DNA of 64,000 bases from Perna viridis (lineage: Eukaryota). Under the pieces are notes generated by a model. It was not told the DNA's origin. It searched no databases and worked only from the letters and a program-made list of their open reading frames with translations. Positions 23,538-35,240 of the stretch are shown piece after piece. The translations under genes and the position numbers were made by a program. The stretch's first letter is position 1, and every line of letters starts with the position of its first letter. The stretch covers positions 57,852,862-57,916,861 of the forward strand of contig CM074511.1 of assembly GCA_037379345.1 (NCBI GenBank), in the 5' to 3' direction.

Positions 23538-26500
23538 ATGCGTATTGAAGTGTTCGTCTGTCTTTTTGCTGCTGGTAAGTAACTCGTCCCCTAAAAAATA
23601 GAATCCATGTATACGAGTAAAACCCCGGAAAATTTTAAATACCTGTCTAAATATCACGGCTTCGGAAATGTAAAAAAATCATCGATATTTCAGCTTCTAT
23701 CTTCCCTTGTATTGTGTCTGGCGACCCTGTAAGAGAAGCATATTTGCAAAGCAGTCGTAAGTCTCCCGGTTATCTCTAAAACTGACATTGTTGCGTTGTA
23801 CACAAACACTTGTGTTTTCATTGACATGAAATAATAAAACGTACCCTTGCCTTAACACATTTACCTTCAAAATGCAGCAAGAAAGCTTGTTTCACAGGTG
23901 CATGAAATCTCAAAAAAGGTCAAAACTAACATATGGCTTCCGTCATAGAAGTTGCTCTTTTTTCAACACGTCTTCGGAAGAAGAAAATGCAAAACTTGAG
24001 TAGCAGAAAACGATTAACTTACTTAACCCAAGTTCCAATGAAAGTAAGCTGACAGTATAGTCAAAATAGACTCTATATATTAATAGCTGTACCTTGCAGG
24101 TACACTTGCAGCTATTGTGTGCATCAAGTAAATGGATCTGCCAAAACTCATTTCTTATGAGCTGGAGATAGTTCTATAATTATATAAAACCACGCATTTT
24201 ATGTTTATCTTTTATGATTTCATCGCAGATATTTTCGTATTTTGTTAACAGTAAAAGTATATTGACTATAATAAATGATCTTACAGACGTTTAAGATTGA
24301 ATCAGACTTAAGCTGCCATGACTGCATTTCTTCACGCAGGTTTGCCTATAATATCCAATGTAGACATGAAAGATATAATTTAACAAAAATGCATGGTTTT
24401 ACGTTATACAACAGTCATGGTGCAAGGTAGAGAAATCTCAGACACCCGTTGGTAAGATTTAACCGTTTTTTAACGAGGCTATTGTCCAGGGGTGTCTGAG
24501 AATTCCAATCTTGCACAAGAAAAGCGGTTGTTTGATAGTTTTTCTTACTTCGATTGAGATTATCAGGTTGTGAAAAGTCCTGATAGTAGTGTTTACCTTC
24601 CATTTTCAGCACTACCCCTCATTTTAAAATCAGAAAGTTTTGAAAATGTCACATTTTAGTTGAAAGTGGGAATGTGTATTGTATTTGAAGTATGTTTTCT
24701 GAAGATGGTACAGTTTTTAATATCTAATAAAATGCAGGATATGAAATGATGCATTTTACCTAAGGCTTGGTCTGTAACGTAAGTTGTTGCTGACGGTTGG
24801 TAGTTTTTTAGAAACAAGTGCGAAATGAATCAAGCGATCATAATCTGGGTAGATGGAAACACTGCTGTCAATGGAAAATAATCATGACAAAATGTTTCGT
24901 ACGTTTTAACCATTTTGTTATAAGAAGAACGTGTGGCGGCAGACAAAGACGCATTTCCGAATTTGGTGGTTACAGTGTCAAGAGCTGTGATGGTACTGGG
25001 ACTGGCGTGGGATTGTAATGGTACTGGGACTGGCGTGGGCTTGTGATGGTACTGGGACTGGCGTGGGCTTGTGATGGTACTGTGACTGGTGTGGGCTTGT
25101 GATGGTACTGGGACTGGCGTGGGATTTAACCAAGGAGCAACTTGAAGAGCTTTCTGAAATGAGAAACGAGATAAGAGATCACAGACTACGTTTGTATTTT
25201 TCCTGGGATATGTTTGGCTCTAAAATAAATATTAAATCTCAGCGCAGACAGTACCATTCTTCGTACTAAAATCATAATTGTTATTTTTCTTTTGAGGAGG
25301 TTTTGTTTATAATATCAGCTACTGCCGCATTATCCGTCAAAAATAATATTTTGTGGTTAGATAAAAGAGGGCCCCATATATCAATAGCTAACACTACTGG
25401 AAACAGTTCTTTAACAGTAATATGAAAGTCCTTCATGTTGTTAGGCCATTTGCCACTAAACCACTTATTCCCGAATACAGCTGCAAAACCACCATGAAAG
25501 CTTTAGAACATCAGAGGAAACCCAATTTTTAAATAAAAAACAGGATTTCCCATTGAAGTTTTTAACAAATTCATGCCACAAAATTAAATCTAGTCTAGCT
25601 TCTGAGGTGTGAGTGATTCTATAATGTGGACATGTAACGACTATAGTTAAATCATATAACGTACGTAAAAACGCACGACCAGGAACAATGACACTGCAAG
25701 CAAAATTCAATAATCCCAAAAAGTGACTGCAATTCATGCAGAGTTAACTTTCTTCTATAACGATATTCTTGAATCAGTGAAAATATTTTATCAACCTTAT
25801 CCCAAGGCAAACGTGCTTCCATTTTTGATGAATCTATTTCTATGCCATAAATAGTTATACAGGTTGTTGGATGTTCCGTTTTTTCCTCCTTAATTGGCAC
25901 ACCTAAACTGTCTGCCAAGAACAAAAACGTGTTTAATGAGGTAAGACATTCTTCCGAGCTTGCTTTACCCACAAAGAAAAAATCATCTAAAAGATGTGAA
26001 ACACATTGTATATTAAACTTTGCATTTAAAATCCACTGCAGGGCTGTAGAAAAAGTTTCAAATAATTGACAGGGGGCGCTCCCATAGCCAAAACCTGGAA
26101 ATAATAAAATTTTTCTTCCCAATGAAAACCCAGTAAATTGTGATCATTTTGATGTATTGGTAATAAGAAAAATGCGTCCTGGATATCACACTTTGCCATT
26201 AAACAATCGTGACTATATGATTGAACCAATTCAATCACAGTTTCAATATTTCGATAACTGACAGCTGTAATTAAACTCAGGGGGAATACACGAATTAACC
26301 GAATTGCCCTTTGGGTAAGACAAATCAAATACCCCATTTAATTGTGTCCTTTTAAAAGCCATGACGTCTTTGGCTTACTATTGTTTTTTTTATGGATAGG
26401 TGAAATTGCCGTAAAAAGCATAACGACTCTCAAAATGTGGTTCAGCTTAGTGACATAAATTTTGAAGCAGGGCCATCAAATCAACGAAACATGCGTGTTG

Positions 26501-29500
26501 TTTTGAGACATTTCAAGCACTGTAACGCTCAACCAAAAACGTTGTTTTGGCTATGGATGAAAACAATGCTGTTTGTCCGGCATCTTCTCTGTTAGGCTAT
26601 CAAAAGTTGGTACAACATAAAAATGGTCCTCTTTTTCAGTTTCAGGACGGCAAACCCGTTTCCGCATTCTATTTTAACCAACAACTCAAATTTCTTTTAC
26701 AAGCGGTTGGTTTAAACGCGGATTATTATAAAGGACATACTTTTAGAATTGGGGCCGCAACTTCCGCGGCAACAAGAGGTGTACCGTTATCAGTGATTCA
26801 GCAAATGCGTAGATGGAAATCAAATGCTTTTCAACATTATATCAGATTGCATAATTTTTAGTTGAGGACAACATGGATTAATGTAATCGTTTTAGGTTTT
26901 AAGTTAGGGGTCAACATGGCTTTCTCTACAAGGACTAATGTAATCGTTTTAAGTCAGGGGTCAACATGACTTGCCCCGACATTTTTGTTTATTTTTATGT
27001 ATTGATTTTCATTCAGCTTTTCATACATGTAGAAATCAACATGGCTTCCTCTACTAAATTTTCTACTTGGTGTTTAATTTTGGTTTAGTAAGGGGTCAAC
27101 ATAGCTTGCCCTTGCAAGTATTTATATACATGTATATTATGTGTCAGTATGTACATTTGTATGTATTGAGCTAGGTCCTTAAAAGTAGAGGTCAACATGG
27201 GTTGCTCCTCTAACGGACACCCTTCATTCTTTTTAGAAGTTGTTATTTTAAGAATTTAGATATTTGCTTGGTTAGATAGGACCAGATTAACTTGCCATGA
27301 TATGAATGGTTCTAGTGAGGTTTTGATTGCACATTCACTCGGCTTTCCCCAAGGATACTTTGGGTAGGGGGATCCCTTTGCAGGGATATTTGGCACTTTT
27401 AGGCCCCACCGTTGCATCTTGTAATTCCATTTATTCACATAGTTATTCATTATTTTATGTAATATGTTCTTGCTAGAAATCAAATATTGAATAAATGATC
27501 TTTATCTCAATTCTAGTCTTTGTAATGATGCAAACGAAGCTGCTTATCCTCTGCGACCGTTAAATGGTTCACGTCATTATTGAAAATACCTTTTTTGTAG
27601 AAGTTACTCAAAGTTACACAAATATTCTCAATTTATGAACAATATTTCATATTAAGAACGCTTTTTATCTTTATAATGGGTAAAATAATCACTATCTCAT
27701 ATGGGGCTGGAATGTGTTTACCATTGTTAAGGACTTGCTCCCAAACAGATTATAAGAATTACACTTTTATTCAAAATTTATGAAAGTGTAAAATCGGACT
27801 ATTCACTCACAAATCTGATATAAAAGTCCTTCGGACTAAGTTTTGAAATTTAATGGTTTAATTTTACACTTTGATAGAGTCTGCAAAAACAATACTATAT
27901 ATATAAACAACTGAAGTATTTCACACTTTTTCCTCTCGTGTTATGTGTATTTATCAAAAGTAATAACTGGAGATGATGCATTAAACAATTTTCGTCTGAA
28001 TACAGGAGAAATAAAATCCACTACTACTTCTTATTTCTATCTTTTGTTTTTTTGTTATTCATTATCAAATGCACTTTATCTAATTCAAACCCTAATGCTA
28101 CATGTAAAAAATAATCCCAAACGTGAAATAAAGCAACCCGGAGATTTTTTTTACATTCGTCACTTTTGTTGTTGTGTACTTTCTTTGCAAAATTAACTCA
28201 AAACTACATAAATATTCCCACTTTTCACAAATGTTTCATATTCAGAAAACCTTTTTATCAACGGTTAACAAATACTATTATAATAAGGGGTAGTGCTAAA
28301 AAAAACCAAAAAAAAAAACCAAAAAAAACTATACTCTGAGTTTTAGAGAATCGTGCTTATTTCTTAACAACATTCGACTTTTTTTTATTTCAGTCGCAAC
28401 AAGTAGTATCTCAAACAGACACCTCAATGAAATACTTGAGCGTCTTGAAACAGCTCTGTATCAGAGAAGTCCATATCAAAACACACAAGACTCCGGTTAT
28501 GGTGAAATTGGTGGTGATAGACACTATGACAAGAAAACACTCGATGGTTCGAGAAAATCGAAAGCTTTCCGCTCAAATGGATTTAGAAAGAATGTCAACG
28601 AAGAAGCACACGATGATATGGGACCCGAACTCCGCCACCTGATTAGACTCTATAACAAACGTTTAGATTCAAGAAGATTAATTCGTAAACAAGAAAACTC
28701 GACAATTCCTAGTTCGATTCCACTTAGCAGTACACGGGCAGATACAACCCCACAGAGCACTACTACGCCCCTGACAAGTCACCTCACATCCCCATCCAGT
28801 AACACTGAAAAACCAGAAACCCAGCATCCTTTATCTTCTACGACAATGTCACCTCAATCACCGTCTACAACAAACCCTCCACTTCCTTCATCTACGCCAA
28901 AAACATCGCACCTTAACAACACATCTCCTACACCTAAACCTGGCGGTAACTCAACGAATACAACACAACGAAACAACACAATAGAATTGTTAGACTATAT
29001 CAGAGAGTATCAGGAATTTAACTGTCCTACACTGAAGTTTGTCCTGATGAATTATTTCAAAAGATTCCCCAGTACTGCTGACATGTCGTGTAAGTTTGTC
29101 CTAGTTTAGCCTTATGTTTATGCTGATGATGAACTTTGCTTGGCATACATGTTGTATGTAAGACTTGTAGTTTGTAAAAAAGTATCGCGTGGAGTATAAC
29201 TGCTTAATGTGTTGGATAAAAACGAAAATCACACTAAAACCATTATCCGTAATAATACCCCCCTCACACACAAGAACATGCAAAACAGCGATTCTGCATA
29301 ATGACATTTGTATGAAAAAAAAGACTTAATAAAATATAACTTTTACGTAAATGATTTTTTTTTAAACGAGAAACGCAACGTTTTCAAAAATATTACAATA
29401 AAACAATTTTGACATTTATTGCGTTTTCACTTGTAGGGAATATAACGTTTAGATTAAATGACTCGGTACCAGTTATAAGACGTGCGGTTGCAACCTACTA

Positions 29501-32500
29501 TTATCTCCAAAATCCAAGACTTGCTCTACTCCAACTGACCGAGAATGTCGCCCAAAGTATAGTAATTCAGCGTATCAGATGTCCTGCTACAAAGTTCCAA
29601 AACATTATCATTTGTGAGTATATTTATTAGCAGTTTACTATGCATGTAATACTGAAGGAAAAAACAACGAGGAATCCTTTTGGCAAGACTATACCGGGAA
29701 TACCAAAATAAGACCGGAAGAACTAAACAGTTAGGTGCTAATTATAGTTTCATTTTTATAGCCCAAGTCTTACACTTTCGTCGACTTTGGTAAGAAGAGG
29801 TTGATTATTTGAGTGTGACTGTCTACGTTGCATAATCGGACCCGAAAAACTGCGTTTTGCAGGGGCGGATCCAGACACTTTAAAAAGAAGGGATACCAGC
29901 CGAGGTTTCGCAGAGGAAGGGGATGGGGTGCTAGGACATTATTTAGTTTAGTTTATTAAGAAAACTCAGCCGCAGATTACTGCGTATCAGGAGTAAATGC
30001 ACATAAATATACATAATATTACACAATATCAATCACATACATGTACAATGAAAAAAAAAACAATGAATCAATACATGAACATATAAATGATAAATCAATT
30101 TAACAACTTTGGGATTTTTTTAATGAAAATTGATAAATTTATCAATACTTTTACATTACAATATTTTAACATACCATACATTTTTTCTATTAGGATACCT
30201 AATATAATAACTCTGAATAAATTTTCTTCTGATATCTATAACTATATTGTTACTAATTCAAATAAATAATGATATTCGTCCCCAAAACCAGATCCACAAA
30301 CTGTACACAATCTTTCGTCCCTTGGTATATTCCGCCATCTACCAGTTTCGATACGAAATTAATATCACAAACCCTTAATTTGCAAATATGTACCCGTTTT
30401 CCCGATTTTAGTTTTAAAAGATAAGGTTCCAATCGAAATTCGTGTTTAAAGAGTGATATTCCCCCTAGATGAATTGTTCATATCAGTGAACCATCTTTGG
30501 ATAAACTGGTCTTGTAGACGCTGTTTAATATTCACCTTTAAAAATTTAATTTAAAATTGACATTTTCTTGAATATTCCATATTTCACTATAACCAAAATC
30601 ATCATATATAGACTTTATATAACTAATCCACTTAAAATTAAAATTATCATGCTCACTTAAGTACAGTAGTAATTTGTATAATTTTCCTGAGAATTTATTC
30701 TTATTAGAAGCTACTCTATGCCAAAACACACCATTTTTAATTTAATATGTACTTCCAGTGGGAATCTCCCAAGTTCCCCATATACCATAAAATTTGGTGT
30801 AGATGATCTTACTCCCAATATGTGTTTACACTTTTACAATTTACAATTGTCGATTTTACACATGAAAATTACAAATTTTTCAATAAAAAGGAGAGGTGTA
30901 TTGATGACATATCTCATAAATGTTTTAGATGTTCTCAAGAAGGAACTTTATCAAGCATTGAACACGTCTCGTCCAGAGTCTCTTTACATGGACTTATGGC
31001 ATTCCATGCTCCAGTCTGTGCCCTCTCCTAACCATGAATTCATTAGAGACGTTATTTATGCCATTCAGAGTGAAGTGATTGGCGAAGTTATATTTGGCTT
31101 GCAGAGGGGAATGTTTTCGGGTATGCTACTTTAGTTCGCTTATATGTCGACCTTATTTAACAATTTTGAACCCGATGTGTAAAAATCATTTAATTAAAAG
31201 AAAGGTTTTTATCTAACCTACATTTAAAAAAGTTTCCCCCTTTATTTTATTTTCATATTCCATTGATGTTTTTAGACGAACTAAGCTTTCTTATTATAAG
31301 AAGACCAGAGCATGATGTGGTAAATACGCTCAATTTCTCTATTTCTAAGAGATCAAATATTCTCGCAGCTTTTAACGACCGGACGGCGAATGAGTTCCGT
31401 AAGTGGATCACTGCCATTTTACATTTTCCAACTTTTTACCATTTCAGATTTGCAAGGGTTGTTGGAAAGCGTGTTCATGAAATCTACAGAGTACTACCTA
31501 AACAATAAATGGTCGTTCCCAAGTGAGTCTGTACTCCAACAGATATTTAAAGATGCCGTTACATACCATAGTAGAACTTTTCATTGTACATCTAAAGAAA
31601 AATTGTTCAACATTCACCGAGAGGAGATAAAGGATCTACGTAATAGGTAGGGGAGACTATGCCATGCTATTTCTAGTGTTATATAATTAATGCCCAAGCA
31701 ACCCAGAACATGTTTCTGTATTAATAGTTGCAATAATCAATGAACTGCTACATAAACAAAACGAGAAGTACATTCCGCACTTTATTTTCCTACTTAATGA
31801 ACTACTAGTATTTCCATTTAAGGCATGACTGTGTATGAAGAAATAACACTATTACTTTTAATTCAATTTTAGTATCAAACAATCAAAAAGGAATACGATG
31901 ATGTCACCGCCACATGAAAAAAGTGTTTATGGGATGATAGGCGAAATTAATGCCATGTTATAATTATTATGATAGTGCAATTACTATGCACAAACCAGTC
32001 TTTTTCATCATAAGATGACATTAACCCGGGTACATTTTCTAGGTTTGTTGGTAACCACATTTTCGTTGACCTGAAAATTGAGAGTATAATCGAGGAGTTG
32101 TTCAAGGAACGCTATTCCAATATCTCCAGTGTTCACAGACCGATCGATCAGCTGATCCGACCCATCAACAAATATGTGGAGAAGGTGTTTAGTCTGATGG
32201 AAAAATACCTCCAACATTTAGATGCTTCTAGCACCCAACCAGTCCATCCGATGTTCAAACAGTATTTGGGTTTGTACTTCGCAGCATTGTTTATTTTTAC
32301 TTCCATGAATGAGAATTTATTTAGGACGAACTATCGGAACAATTTAGAAATAAGCACTAAACGGTGCGCAATTGAAAGAGTATTTTTTCACAAGATTAAA
32401 AAAGCCAAGAAGTTTTTTTAGTCGCTGTCAATGATTAATAATTTCATTTAACAATCATGGCCCGCTCCTAAGAAATGCTGTCATTGTAGTCCCGAATTTC

Positions 32501-35240
32501 CTTCTGTCCGTAAAATTCCAGCCTTTTCATGATAACTTTGCTTGTACCAGAAACTCTTTCAATCCATTTTTTTCTGTAGCACTTTATCCCGACAACTAAA
32601 CAGAATGATATGGGATATTTTTTTTTAAACGACAAACTCTTTCGCAAAGGCAATACTCGCTACACCCACCAGCCATACACAGTAATGGGCCACAACTCTT
32701 TATGCTTATGAGTAGATTACACCATAAACAAGTCCGCGTATTTGTCATGGGTATTGATCATGTCTAGCGAAAATTTTCACAATGGTGGATAGAAGAGCTA
32801 CTAATGTAGCGGATTGATACGTAGCATATCAGGAAGTTTTTAGGTCTGGCAGTATTTAAGTATTAAATATATCGCTGCTATTGAGATCGCTTGGATCTTC
32901 GTGAATTGATACGTAGTACTAGCATACCAGGAAGTTGTTAAGTCTGGCAGTATTGAAGTATTAAATATATCGCTGCTATTGAGATCGCGTTAATGTTAGT
33001 GGATTGATACGTAGTATACAGGTAGCAGTTTTTTTAGGTCTTCAGGGGCGATTGCCTGTTCGGTCATAGGGAAATAATTTTCCATTTTTTTTAATTGTTA
33101 AACTGACGAGTGTATCAAATGTGAGCAATGGTTCACATGTCTTTGCTTTTGTTTATATAAGACATTACTTTTGGTTGGAGAAATGAAAATCATATTTTAT
33201 TGTGCAGACATTTTAAATACAACGAACTTTTTATATACATTTCAGACAAAAATCAAATGAAAGTTCTTAAGGACATCGAATCAGCACTGGAAGGAGGCGG
33301 TGGTTTGTATTGATATGTTTCAAACAATATTATTATAAGTGCATTATTATTATTATTATAGATCGGCCGATGGTCATCCTGTTTGTATCTGGGATTTGAT
33401 GGGTAAAGTCTGTATATATTGTATTGTGCCCATTTAACAAGTCCAAAATTAATAATATTCTCGTTATATGTATTTAGTGCACTCAGCATAATAGGTTATA
33501 CAATGCAACTCATATGAACACGGGGGAAAACATCTGTAGAAATTCTTTTGGAATGGTAAAACAATATATTTGTGAGCGATGACTGCATATTCTACTTAAT
33601 TTATGTCCACCATCCGGCATTTTAAAAACAAGATCAACTGCTCCCCGTGCCTATGTTCGTTCGTCAAAATAAATTGTCGTCCATAACAAAGAGTCACTGA
33701 TTCGAGCTTCAACTCAAGCAAGACTTTTTGTATGGTATATGTCATTTTGATTACCCTTTATGATTTATTGTCCTGTCTACATTTTCATTTGACATTTAGT
33801 AGTAGGGGAAAACGTTATATATTTCATTAAAGCCATCATATTAGAACCATTCTATTCGTATACAACAATGAACGGTTTTATAAAATGTAGGTACAACACC
33901 AGACTGGGCACATCGAGTCAAGACGGTTATGGAGAGGTAAGTAGATAGATCCAAACTGGATATGAAGGGTCAAGACAGTTATGGAAAGGTAAGAAGGTAG
34001 GTCCAGTCTGGATACGGAAGGTCAAGACGGTTATTGAAAAGTAAGTAGGTCCAAACTGGATACGAAGGGTCAAGACGGTTAAGAAAGGGTCAGTGGGTAG
34101 GTACAAACTGGATGCGAAGGGTCAAGACGGTTAAGAAAAGGTCAGTGGGCAGGTACAAACTGGATACGAAGGGTCAAGACGGTTAAGAAAGGGTCAGTGG
34201 GTAGATACAAACTGGATACGAAGGGTTAAGAAATGGACAGTGGGTAGGTCCAAACTGTATTCGGAGAGTCAGGACTTTAAGGAAAGGGTCAGTGGGTTAG
34301 TCGAAACTGGATAAAGAGGGTCAAAAAGGTCATAGATGAGTCAGTAAGTATGTAGTTCCAAACTAGATACGCGGTCATGACGGTCGTAGAAACGACAGTA
34401 TATAGATAGGTCGTTGGTAAGTAGTATAAAGTCGAAGGAACGTAAAGATTACTTACGTTGTAGTTTTATCTTTATCCAGATTATACTCTATACACATTTA
34501 AAACTAAGCTATTCTAAAATCGTGTCGGGTATACATGTAAAAGTGAATACAAGATGGCTTTGAATCATGCGGAATAAGAACAGTCATTTAAGTTGCAATC
34601 TAGCAGATGCAAGTGTTGATGTAATATTCTCGTCCTCAGTAACTGCACCAAAGTTAATACATAATCATTTTAAATATTCTCCTATATACATCATAGGTAA
34701 AAGAATAATCTGAGTTATTTCATTTATTTTTTACAAACAAACATGATACAAATACGAGAACCTAGCACTACATGAGTGTCAGTGGTAGTTAACCCAGGTA
34801 ATGTTAGAAAATGATCAAAAAGCATCAGGTGCGTATTTAGATTTTTGTAAGGGTGGCATAACCCGCAGCCCGACTTTTTCCTTTTCAAGAAAATTGTGAA
34901 AAATAAGAAAATACTCAATTGCACTTGGGTCTTCTTGGAACAGATTATTGGCCCTGAACACAGATAATCTTTGTATTAATGGATAATATCAATATTCCTC
35001 TGCTGAGGAATTATAGATAAAAAAGACTGACGTGAGATAAGTTTTAAATATGACTTTTTGCACTCTAACAGGTCTGAAGAACAAGTTGATATAATATGGA
35101 AAATAGATTTGACTAGCTTAATAATCTCATTATTACACTTGTTATTTTTCAGACTGAGGAATTTGGGAAACTCTCCGTCCGCCCATAGTTTAAATGAAAT
35201 TATAAAGGAGCTTGAGGACATTTTAGAGGATTACATGTGA
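23538..35240 (+). CDS. Uncharacterised 613-aa secreted protein (signal peptide, basic pro-region, S/T/P mucin-like tract, helical body)
   Basis: Ten phase-consistent GT-AG exons: 23538-23574, 28394-29089, 29437-29613, 30929-31120, 31276-31398, 31448-31646, 32043-32269, 33246-33302, 33891-33936, 35153-35240 (1842 nt, open). Starts MRIEVFVCLFAAVATSS and ends LNEIIKELEDILEDYM. Upstream non-coding exon donor at 23407, acceptor at 23530. Confidence 0.78.
24415..24520. repeat. Imperfect inverted repeat, terminus of an unidentified non-autonomous element
   Basis: tgcaaggtagagaaatctcagacaccc / ggggtgtctgagaattccaatcttgca. Confidence 0.5.
24772..26340 (-). mobile_element. DIRS/Ngaro retrotransposon: decayed RT-RNase H and N-terminal part of the tyrosine recombinase (inverted segment)
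   Basis: Frameshifted MAKCDIQDAF, HLLDDFFFVG, LGVPIKEEKT, HFLGLLNFACSVIVPGRAFLR, RAKHIPG, then ASLSAATRSSY...FISHLF...TY. Confidence 0.9.
24986..25125. repeat. Minisatellite, 5 x 28 bp
   Basis: Unit tgtgatggtactgggactggcgtggg(c/a)t starting at 24986, 25014, 25042, 25070 and 25098. Confidence 0.95.
26341..27503 (+). mobile_element. DIRS/Ngaro retrotransposon: tyrosine recombinase catalytic domain and 3' non-coding region
   Basis: LLKAM..LAY..IGE, CP, GPLFQF.DG.P, YKGHTFRIGAATSAA, RWKSNAFQHYIR (26547-26861). aataaatgatctt occurs at both ~24270 and ~27490. Confidence 0.88.
29860..30900. mobile_element. Split MITE of the 16889-17059 family (about 29860-29945 and 30838-30900), disrupted by a LINE
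   Basis: The left part caggggcggatccag...gtgctaggacattattta and the right part tttac...attttacacatgaaa...aaaaagg are contiguous in the reverse complement of the intact copy. Confidence 0.65.
29946..30837 (-). mobile_element. Non-LTR retrotransposon 3' fragment, RTE-X-like
   Basis: Minus strand gives KHILGVRSSTPNFMVYGELGRFPL, QRLQDQFIQRW, IETGRWRNIPRDERLCTVC...GDEYHYLF, and ends in aataaactaaactaaa. Confidence 0.8.
32812..33015. repeat. Intronic tandem duplication, unit about 95 bp, 2+ copies
   Basis: attgatacgtag...caggaagt...tctggcagtatt.aagtattaaatatatcgctgctattgagatcgc occurs twice, with a third start. Confidence 0.85.
33887..34400 (+). repeat. Minisatellite of about 10 x 52 bp; the first unit is a coding exon
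   Basis: Consensus gtaggtccaaactggatacgaagggtcaagacggttaagaaagggtcagtgg. Confidence 0.9.

Noticed and set aside
26547-26861. Phage integrase or bacterial contamination
   Set aside because: The GHTFRIGAAT recombinase is adjacent to DIRS-type RT/RNase H inside a spliceosomal intron.
30718-31134. 138-aa ORF as a standalone gene
   Set aside because: It is a chimera of antisense LINE/MITE sequence and the real exon 30929-31120.
33887-34400. CRISPR-like look of the 52-bp array (also the 28-bp and 21-bp arrays)
   Set aside because: Units are head-to-tail with no unique spacers, there are no cas genes, and the DNA is eukaryotic.
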